In this document: piece after piece, positions 53,745-64,000 of the stretch | How positions within the stretch are numbered: position 1 is the first letter of the stretch | Layout: each line of letters opens with the position of its first letter | Source of the DNA: Camelus dromedarius | Taxonomy: Eukaryota | Direction: 5' to 3' | Assembly (NCBI RefSeq): GCF_036321535.1 | Contig: NC_087436.1 | Coordinates: 39,000,001-39,064,000 of the forward strand | Length of the DNA: 64,000 bases | The notes under the pieces: model-generated | Told to the model about the DNA's origin: nothing | What the model saw: only the letters and a program-made list of their open reading frames with translations | Database searches by the model: none | Program-made: the position numbers and the translations under genes

Positions 53745-56660
53745 TAAGTGGGCTCTCTGTTCTGTTCCATTGATCTATGTGTCTGTTTCTGTGCTAGTAC
53801 CGTACTGTTTTGATTACTGCAGCTTGCAATTAGGGAGTGTGATACCACCAGCTTTGTTCTTCCTCAAGACTGTTTTTGCTATTCACGATCTTTTGTGTTT
53901 CTATACAAATTTTAGAATTATTTGTTCTGGTTCTGTGGAAAATGCCTTTGATGTTTTGATAGGAATTGCACTGGATCTGTAGATTGCCTTGAGTAGCAGG
54001 GCCATTTTAACATTATTCATTCTTCTGATCCATGAACACAGTATATCTTTCCGTCTGTCTATATTGGCTTCAGCTTCTTTAATCAACGTCTAATAGTTTT
54101 CCAAGTATAGGTCTTTTACCTATTTAGTTAGATTTATTCTTTATTTTATTCTTTTTGATGTGATTGTAAATGGAAATGTCTTCTTAATTTCTTTCTGATA
54201 GTTCATTTTTAATGTATAGAAATACAACAGAATTATGTATATTAATTTTGTATCCTGCAAGTTTACCAAATTCATTGATAAGCTCTAGTAGTTTTTGGTG
54301 GTGCCTTAAGGATTTTCTATGTTTAGTATCATGTCATCTGCAAACAGTGACAGTTTTATTTCTTCCTTTCAAATTTCAATTTCTCTTAGTTCTTTATCTG
54401 ATTGCTGTGGCTAGAATTTTTAATTAGATTGCATATCACCAGATTAGTTCTTCTAGGGTTTTATCTTGTTCCTTTGTTTGGAGTATATTTCTCTGTTCTC
54501 TCATTTTGCCTAATTTATTGTTTTTATTTCTATGTGTTTGGTACATTGGTTATGTTTCCTGACCTTGGAGAATGATCTTTTGTAGGAGAAGTTCTATGCA
54601 TCCCAGCAGCCTGCTCCTCTCTGGTCACCAGAGCTATATGCTTCAGAGGTACCTCCTATTTGGATTATATAGGTCCTTCTGTTGGGAGACTGACTACTGT
54701 GGGTGTGGTCTAGTAGGCTGGCTGGCCCCTAGTCCAGTTGGTTGCCAGATCCTGCCTTGTGCAGAGGCTGCTATCCACTGGTGGTCAGGGCCTGGTCACA
54801 AGGTTGTTGGCTGTGGGACCCCATAGGATCTCAGGGCTAGTGTTGGGCCAGTGGTGAGCAGAGCTGGATTCTGGAGTGGTTGATTGCAGGGCTGGGGGTC
54901 CCAGATCTAGTGCTGAACTACTGATTTGTTGGGCTGTTTTCTGACACACTGGCTATGAAGTCCAGAATGTCCCAAAGCTTGTGTTGGCCTGCTGGTGAGT
55001 AGAGCTGGATCCCAGGGGATCCTGAGGCTAATGCTGGCCCACTTATGGGCAGAGCTGGGTTCCTGGGTCTCTGGGTACAGGGCCCTGGGAGTCACAGAGC
55101 TGTTGTCAGCCTGCTGGTGGGTGGGGCTGATTTCCTAACACTGCCAAATGCAGGGTCCAAGGTGTCCCAAAGCTGGTATTGAACCACTGGTGGGTGGGAC
55201 CAGACCCTGGAGCAGATGGCTGAGGGGCCCAAAGTATCCCGAGAACTGGTGTTGGCCTGCTGGTAGTCAGGGTTTTGGTCCAGGGGGTCCCAGGGCTAGT
55301 GCCTGCTGGGTGGTTGGTGGCTGGATCCTGGAGCTAGTACTGGCCCACTGTGGGCAGACCTGGTCTCTGGCTGCAGGACCCAGGGGATCGCAAAGTTGGT
55401 GTTCAGTCCACTGGTGGGAGGGCCAGGAGGAATGGTACCTACCAACTGGTGGGTGGAGCTGATTCCGGCCCTAGTGTCAGTGCACGGCGTGCAGGACCAG
55501 GTCCTGGCCTCTCTGGTGGACAGGGCTTCCATCTAGGGTGACTGTGAGCCCAGGGTCTTGTTACCAAAGGGAAGTTTGTGTGCCCACTGCACCATGAGAC
55601 CAAACAAACTGAAACATTGAAGTTTGGAGCAGAGAAAAGTTTATTTCAGGGCCTAGCAAGGAGGATGGGGTGGCTCATGCCCAAGAAAACCCTGAACTCG
55701 CCAAAGGGTTTCAGCAAAGCATATTTAAAGGCCAGGTATGGGAAGGGGTTCTCAAGGTACGTGATCAGCTCGTGCACAATTCTCTGACTGGTTGATGTTG
55801 AGGTAACAGGGTGGTCAACACCATCAACCCCTAGGCATCAGAAGGTCTGGGGGCTATGCACCCTTGATCATCAAGTAGTTAATTTCTTCCCTTTGGTGGT
55901 AGTTTTAAGCATCTGAAAAACTCGGGAAATATACGTGAGATACTTTTACCTGGGCTTTTCAGAGAGGAGCTACAGCAGAGGACATGGGGGAGGGTTCTGA
56001 CCCTGGAAGACCCCACAGAGTCCTGCTAGGTTACAGGGTTGTAATGGAGCAGGCCTACTGGTGGGTGGGGCTGTGTCACTGCCTGGCTAGTTGCTGGTCC
56101 TGAGGCATCCCAGTACTGGTATGGACAGGCTGGTGGGCCAGGCTGGGTCCTGGTGCTTACACTAGAGGGAGGATGTCAAAATGGAGCTCACCAGCACCAG
56201 TGTCCATGTGGTAGAACAAGCTCCCAAAAATTGCTGATGCCAGTGTTTATGTCCCCAGAGTGGGCTCCAGCTGCCTTCTACCTCTCTGGGAGGCTCTCCA
56301 ACATCAGCAGATGGGTCTTACCCAGTGACCTTTCAAATTACTGCTTCTGCCCCATGGGAGTCTGATGTGGGGCTTGGACCCCTCACTTCTTGGGGGGAAT
56401 CTCAGCAATTGTAATTGTCCTCCCATTTGTGGGTCACCCACCTGTAGGTGTGGGTCTCGACTATACTGCATCTCAGCTCCTCCTACACACCTTGTTATAT
56501 GGTTCCTTCTTTGTATCTTTAGTGGTAGAAGATCTTTTCTGCTTGTCTTCCAAAACTTCTCATTAATAGTTTCTCTGTAAATATTTGTAATTTTGATGTG
56601 CCCGTGGGAGGAGGTGACCTCAGAGTCTTCCTATTCCACCATCTTGACCACTCCCTCTCA
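53745..56660 (-). mobile_element. L1 with retained GC-rich 5'UTR, large internal deletion and an ORF2 remnant
   Basis: 5' end reads GAGAGGGAGTGGTCAAGATGGTGGAATAG on the minus strand. Repetitive GC-rich UTR ~54570-56660. ORF2 remnant 53745-54420 (ILCSWIRRMNNVKMALLLKAIYR..AIPIK). Confidence 0.88.
55559..56035 (-). mobile_element. ERV1-type solo LTR inserted in the L1 5'UTR; related to the LTR at 39792-40344
   Basis: Reverse complement begins TGTAACCTAGCAGGACTCTGTGGG and ends ...TCTCTGCTCCAAAC...CACAAACTTCCCTTTGGTAACA, similar to both ends of the 39792 LTR. No clean TSD. Confidence 0.8.
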
Positions 56661-59600
56661 GTAGTCTGTCCTTGACCATTTGGATATGGTCATTTTTATT
56701 GAACTAATTAGCAAAGCATCAGTAACAACAATAACAACAATAAATGCTCATTTAATAAAAATATTCAGTGAAGAACATTAAAGACAAAACCAACCATAGA
56801 TCCATAATTCAATTAAGAGAGAGACCAAAGTTACAGTGAAGATTTTAAAAAGGTCATGTCAAATTCTGCTTGTGTTCTCATTGACCTGCAATGCTGTGTG
56901 ACAGGACTCAGTGCCAAGTCAGTTTAAGCAATCTCTTTTTTTCCTTACCATGCTCAGTTTCTATTACCACCAATAGAGGCAATAAAAGGCAATAGAAGCA
57001 AGAGGCAACAACAATAAAAGGGAGGTAGACTCTTGCATTTTCAGGTTACTCATCAGTCCTGGTTTATAGGCTTTCTATGGATGTGCATGCTATTTATTTT
57101 TCGTTGCCAAGTCACCTGATTTCTCAAGTCCTGGCTTAGGAAATGTGACGAGCAGGGAGGCATGCCATTGGCTCTCAGAGAACTGAGTTTGTTACAAGTG
57201 CCTTTTGTTTTATTTTTAGTGTACAAAGCATAAAGTGTCATGTAATTACGAGGCTCAATTATTTATACTCTGAGGCTAAAGAAGGTAAGGATTAGTCCCT
57301 CTATTTTTTTATTCCTATTTTTCTTAGGCATTTCTGCTTTGCTAACTCTTAGATTCCAAGATATTATTTGCCAGAACAATGATCTACATTTTGATATCTG
57401 ATCTACAAATACTAATTTCTTCAGAGTAACTGAAATTCTTAAGATTTTGAGGATTTGAAATAATACATAAAGGTAAGCTATAGGGTTTGGTATAAAATTC
57501 ATTTTTGTCCCCAGTGAGAAGCAAAACACTGATGTGATACCTACTGTATACTTGGTGGGTAATTGTGAAGAATTTGAAAAATCACTTCTTTCTAAAGAAG
57601 AATTTGTTGAAAGCATTGAGTAGCAGAAACCGAAATGAATAAAATTATTCTAAACTCATGGTGTATATATTTTTATATGTAATTTTTTATACATGTATTT
57701 TTCTTGTTTAGCCGTCACAGCAGTATGCATGGATGAGGCTCCACTGCCCCCATTTTGCAAATGACAAGTCTGAGAAGGGGTGATTTAGTAGCTTTCCCTC
57801 CACCTACAGCTAGTAAATGGAACCAGGTCTGTTGGTTGTAAAATCTACGTACGTAACCCCTATGTTATACTTTTACCTTTTTTATTTGTTTATTAAAAAT
57901 AACAATAATAATTTTTTTAATCTACTTTTTATATTGTGGAGAAGAGACCTTCCTGAAGCCCTCATTCTTTCTAGTCACTATTCTGAATCCTAATGAGTGA
58001 GGTCATGCTTCCTGAACTAAAGCTGAAACTTTTCTTAAGTTTGCTGAGAGTTCTTTAATTAAACTAGCAGATTAGGACACAAATTCATGAGCACACAGTA
58101 TAAGAATTCAAAAAAAAACACCGGCACACTTATTCTTACCGAGACAAAGAGCTGTAGTTTGAAAACCTGTTTGTGTAGAAAAAATTGAATCCTAGCTCTT
58201 GAATGAACTATTCCAGAACCCATGCTGAAATACCTCAAAAAGAACATTTCTAGAGGAAATATTAATAACTTTAGTGGTAGAGATACTATAATAAAAAATG
58301 AATTACATTTGCATTGTAGATCTTTCTTTTTTTTCCTTAGTCATCAATTACTGCTAGATGCTGGTAAACATAAAAAAGACATTGTCTTGTATGGGATTTT
58401 CAGGATTTCTTAGTATCAGGTCATTGTTACTAGATGGAAGGAAGTTGAGTGCTTGGAACTTAAGTGACTTATTCAAGATAACAACAGTGAGTCATTTACT
58501 CAGACAAAAGGGGAGCAAGAAACTTCCTGGTTATGTGTTATACACTGGTGACTCAATCTCCCTTTTCTCCATTGCTTCCCCTTCAAACTCACAGGCTAAA
58601 TTCTAGTGCAGAATGAGTGGACTTGTCAAATTTCTCTCTGAGAAGACATCAACTTGAATTAGAATTTGTTCCTGTGGTTGGCATACAAACCTCACGGTTT
58701 TATTTTGAGATTTTAAAAGATTCGTTGTCAGTTGTTAATTTCATTGGACAAACTTTGCCTTAAGAGTTGATTGTTCCTGGAGAACAAAGGTTTTGAAGTT
58801 CAGGCAGTCTAGAGTCACACTGTAAGTAGGCAAAAGGAATGAGGCAGCGTGACCCATTGCCCTCTCATTTTGAAATACAGTTTACACCCACTAGGCATCT
58901 ACCTGGTATGATGTAACATTTGAAGAGAGGCACTGTTAGCTCTGACTCACCGGTATCACTGTTGTCTGGACATGAGTGATTTCTAGAATTCATTTCTCAT
59001 GAAATAAGATTGTACATGTAGTGCTTTAGTGCTTTGAAATGAATTTTACATACGTATTGATCATTCTTAATTATCAAGTTAATTTTTCTTTGTCCTTTCC
59101 TAATTCTAAACAATATATGATGTTAGTTCCTATATTGCAGTTGTCTCTACACAATTTTTCTCATGAGCTTTGATTACATAAAATTTGCCTTGTTGATCTA
59201 TACCTTGATGTCTTTCATGAGACAAGTCAGAAGTGACCCCAGTTGGACTGGAACAACAGACCTCTTTGTTGGTGTCTCACAGTAAAGCAGATATTAATAG
59301 GAATTTTCACCTTCCTCTAAGTATTGCCTTTTACTTCTCCTTCACAGAAACCTGCAGGGCCCCCATGGATAGACAATATTGCTGATCAAATATTTAAACT
59401 TTTAATAACACTTTCTTTATTCTTCTGATCACTTCTTACCTTTCTTATGTAATAACAATCATTGCACATCAGAATACATGCGCTCAGTTGAGCAATGTGA
59501 TTTCAATTCCTATGTCCAGGTCATATGATATTCCTCAAAGCTGTTGCACTATCCACTCATCATTCCTGGAATGTACTTCCTCCTCCTCCCCAACTACATC

Positions 59601-60069
59601 TCTTGCCTCCATTAAAAAAGTGTTATTAAATTTCCTCCTGTAGATTTCTTATCTGCCCACAATACTTATTGAATTTATTGTCTTCAGAGAGTAAAGAATA
59701 GAAATAAGACTTGAGGGTGTGTTCGGCATAGCCCTAATCATCACTTTCCATCAGCAATCCCGAAGAACATCCACATTCTTCTAACCATATATACCAACTT
59801 ACCTGCTTCTGTAATATTATATTTTGCCTCTTTTCCCTATTCTAACAGATTAATTATCCATGCTCTTATTTAGAGTCAAGCTTTCCACTTATGCACTGGG
59901 TCCTCTCTAACAACCTCACTTCATTCAGGTTTGCTGCTTCATTATCATTAAAAATACTTTCTCTAAAAATAGCAGCTCTCCCATGGCATTGCCTTCTATC
60001 CCCTCAGCTTGTTTTCAAGGCAATTATCATTACCTGAAATGATATTACACATTTTCTTGTCTCCTTCCA

Positions 60070-60270
60070 CAGAGGTTGGCTAACTACAGCTTGAGGGACA
60101 AATTGGCCTGCCATTTGTTTTAATAAAAACAGATTTTATTGAAACACAACCATGGCCACTTGTCTGTCTTTCTGTGATGGCACTGACACTTACAACGACA
60201 GTTAAGTACTCATTGAAGAGACTGTATGGCTCACAAAGCCTAAAATAGTTATTGACATGGCCCACCCATG
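60070..60270 (+). mobile_element. MER58A-like hAT DNA transposon inside an L2 3' end
   Basis: cagaggttggctaactacagc...ttttattgaaacacaaccatg...gagactgtatggctcacaaagcctaaaat. Confidence 0.8.
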
Positions 60271-63200
60271 CACTAGAATACAAGCACCATGAAGGAAAGT
60301 ATTTTGTTTTGTTCCCTGCTGTACCCCAGTACCTGGAAGAATACATGGCGCTCAATGATTATTTGCTGGAGAAAGAAAAAAAGAAAGAATAAGTGAATGG
60401 ATCATCTCTGGCACCATCTTGATTCAATCTTTTCTCTTCTTATTATCCTTCTTCCATTTTCCATGAACTCTATACTCTGATTTGTTTCTTCCATTAACTT
60501 TTTTTTCATATTCATCAAATTTCCAGTTGGAGGAAAAGCCCTAAAAATAGCTAAATAAATTTTGGAAATATGAAAGTTAAGTTAGAGGAATTTTTTCCTC
60601 TGGCAATTGTATTAAAAATGTGTCCAGTTTTTTGTTTTTTGTTTTTTGTTTTTTTTTGCTGGCATCTGTATCATTGTGTTCATTTTGGAGCAAAAACTCT
60701 GTCAGGAAGAAATGATATTTCTTTTATTAGTCATCCTTCACAACCAGTTACCTAGCATATTGCTTGATACTCTTGGTAATTTTTGCTAATAATGTTGGCA
60801 TTTAATTAACCTTTTTTTTAACTCATTTTTTGAAATTTGATTTTTATAGAGCAATCTCCTTCTAAATTTTGTTGACTGAGCACTTTTTATTATTGGTATG
60901 TAGTGTGCTTACCCCTTCTTCAGTTTCTGCTCATGAGTCTTTATCTAAAAAGTAAACTCTCCTGACTCATGCAGTTGTTTTGATTTCACAACTTACTCAT
61001 GCCGGAGATACTTTCCATACTAACTTTGATCTCTTGCAGATGGGGAACAAAACCAGTACTAGATAGGCAAGCTTTCTATGCCTAAACTTATAACAAAAGA
61101 AAACAAACAAAAATCTCTGCTGGATCTGATTACTCCTAGGTAACTAAAAATCCTGTGAACCTGTGGAATCTGGAATGTACTGGCAGCAAAAAACCTAGAT
61201 TATCTATTGGTATCCTTGATTATATTTTTGAAATAGGAGGTTAAAGCTCTAATGTGTCCCAAAACAATCTCAAGTATGAGTTATTATTGCTTCCTTACGG
61301 GGAAATTCACAATTGTGTGATATCTGAGGTAAAAATATGTGACTCTGAATATACAGTTATTCACATATCATGAGTGGATGCATCAAATCAGATCCTTCAG
61401 AGCTGTCCTGACATATCACTTCTGTGGTTTGCTTCTAATACCTAATAGTCCTTCATGGTTCCTCGGTCAAGGCGATTGGCTGCTGCCTTATCATGAGTAA
61501 TGATGAAGATATTTGTCCCCTCTCTCTATCTCTGGCTCTGACCTCCTTTATTTGAATTCTAAGGTTCACTCCTGGTAGATCTTCAGTTCACATTCGCCCT
61601 CACCTGTAGCTCTGTAACTCCTTACCTACCATTTATTTGGATCTTCTAAGTAGTGATAATGGCAGAGAAGCCTGATGAAAGATTTTTATTTCTAAATATC
61701 TAAATAAATTTCTAAGTTTATTTCTAAATAAATTTCTAAAATTTTTATTATTTAAAGATGAATCTAATAATAAAGGCATCCCTAAGTAACTTTGATGTTT
61801 CCTAGTTTTCTAACTACTGAGCTGGTAAAGACAACAAAGAGACTGGGAAATAAAAAAATTAACCTATACCCTGTAATGGAAAGTTTGTTTTGTTTTGTTT
61901 TTTATCTGCTGGTTTGTTTTATTTGGGGGCTCCAATAGATTGTTTTTGTTTATTTTTCATAAATCTCTGTCATTAGGTACTCAAAGTATTTTATTAAATT
62001 TAGAAAATCTACCAAGTTTATTAAACATGTTTATTATTTTTTGGTAAAACGGAATCTGCATAGTACATGACAGCATGATATAATTGAAAGAAATAAGTTC
62101 CTGGGAATCATGAGATCTAGTCCTGGAATTGCTTCTATTATGTGATGCTAAACAGGTCACATAACTTTTCTGGAATTTGGTTTCCTCATCAGTAACGGGA
62201 GAGGTTTGAATTAGGTGATGTCTCTTAGCTTCCAGTCTCACAATGGAATAGTCTCACACTCTATTTTAGGGCCCCTGGGATGTCTGTTATGGAAACAAAT
62301 TCACAAGCTGGATTCCAGGTGTATATTCCTACTTCCATTTTTTTATTGCTTACTTTCAATATTTAGTTCAAAATGAGGATCAAATTAAATTCATTTAGTT
62401 TCTTCATCTTTTGTTATTCTAAAGGCACACCCAAACATGGGTTAGTGAGAAAATGTTCAAACATTTGTGAACAATCAACTTTCCTAATGTGAAGGCCAAC
62501 TCAGCAGACTCCTAAACAGGGCAAGGCAAAGAAAACAGTTCTGGTTTGGACTCCTTTAAGAGGTCCAGAATTAGGATTCTTTGTTAGCTGTATCTTTTTT
62601 ATCTCTCTTTCTACCTCAGCAGTATTTTATTGCTTAAGGCAAAAATGGTGCAGAAAGATAATGCAACTGACTCACTGAAACAGAAATCTCAGCATAATGA
62701 TTTAAACACTGTGACTTTGTATTAAGCTGATCACCAAGCAGAGTGATCAGGCAACTTGACTCAGTATCAGGCTGCACAAACTGTGAAGGGCAACCTGATG
62801 TATTTAGTGCCCAGACTGAGCCTGTTGCTAAAAACAACATAAAATGTTGGTTGGAAAAAAATCTTGATTGTATCCACAAGCTAGAATATTCAGGCCATGA
62901 ACTCAATGAAGGTGGGAACACAGAAAAGTAAGCAGAGTACTACTTTTGAGGATATTTCCTGACTTGGATGAACTTGAGGGTTAATTTTTGTATCTTTGCA
63001 GTTTTATGGGGATGCAAGACACTGGGAAGGGAAAGAATGGCACCTTTACTGGTAACCTGGCAGGAAAGGAGAATCTGGGGAAAGAAATGGGGAAATAACT
63101 ACAGGGAACTTTTAGGCAGTCACCTCTAGAGTGTGTGCTGTGAACTCTCTCTTTGTTTCCAAAAAATCCTTTGTCACATTTCTCAGCAATATTTTTCTGT

Positions 63201-64000
63201 GAAGTGGATTCATTATTTTGTGGGTGGGAGGTCAAAGAGAAGAACCAGGAAACAGAAGAAATCTGGCTTACATTTACACATGATCTCCTAATTTAAGCTG
63301 CCAAGGATATTTTTCAACCACAGGGGAGAGGGTGGGGAAGATAGAATGGGCTTTGAGTAATACCAGAAAGGTTGTTTTCTCTAAAAACTTCTAGGATAAT
63401 GCTGTCTAACCCAGATGCCAGAGTAGGACACAAACTGGGAAGAGAATCATCCTTCCTTCTTTGGCCTAAAGCTGGGCATGCTCTGTGGAGCAAGTACATA
63501 GGAGATACACCTTGGGCATGTGGCCTTGCTATTGTTAGCCATTTTAAAGAAAAGGCAATAGCAGGACAGAGAGGTTAAGAAACTTGCTCAAGGTCACAAA
63601 GCAAGGAAATGACAGAACTGGAATTTGAACCCAAGCCACCTAACTACAGAATCAAGGTTATTTATCACTATGCTAGATGGTGATTAAGGGTAGGTCCTGG
63701 AAATTACACAACTGGGCTGTTTCCCAGACTCCACCATTATATTCAGTAGGCTGCAAGCTCCATGGAAGTAAACTAATTGGACAAGACAAATAGTATGTCT
63801 GCTCTGCTCATCACTGTACACTCAGGAGCTATTAAATGGTAAGTATTAAGTAAATATTTGTAGAGTGAGTATAATCAGATGTATCACTGAATGAATATAC
63901 AGGATGTCTTGTCTCATCCAGACTGGAATTCTCTACGCTGTATAAGTCAGTAGGATATACAAGCCAGAGCAGAAGTATTTTAAATCGTTGCTTTGCTTTG

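Noticed and set aside
54572..56580. Cluster of 60-104 aa ORFs on both strands
   Set aside because: They lie in the GC-rich L1 5'UTR and embedded LTR, where stop codons are scarce.
62634..62931. Overlapping 62-95 aa ORFs in unique-looking sequence
   Set aside because: No recognisable homology or supporting exon structure; possibly a very old LINE relic.
28000..64000. Exons of a neighbouring gene (e.g. SYNPO2) or an intact provirus
   Set aside because: I recognised no such coding sequence, and no gag/pol/env or primer-binding site next to the LTRs; all but the 55559 LTR show their own TSD.

Overview
AT-rich mammalian genomic DNA, probably a camelid (inferred from the short tRNA-derived SINE and the young L1 3' ends). 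The only protein-coding gene I can support is MYOZ2 (myozenin-2/calsarcin-1) on the minus strand. It has a non-coding exon 1 (~27276-27440), coding exons at 26626-26701, 11509-11678, 6494-6623 and 1552-1735 that splice in frame through GT-AG sites (about 186 codons), and a last exon that lies left of the window. The promoter has an overlapping MEF2/TATA palindrome with E-boxes. The other ~36 kb is upstream, repeat-rich sequence: L1, L2, MIR, MaLR/ERVL LTRs, hAT DNA transposons and a tight cluster of five ERV1-type solo LTRs. Almost all short ORFs in the track are incidental. I see no evidence for a new multi-gene system. The best leads are regulatory: a candidate 36-nt poison exon and a recursive-splice-like site in intron 2, a uORF in exon 1, the nested LTR cluster, and a twin-primed L1 insertion. 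Repeat family names are from my recall of consensus sequences, not from a database search.
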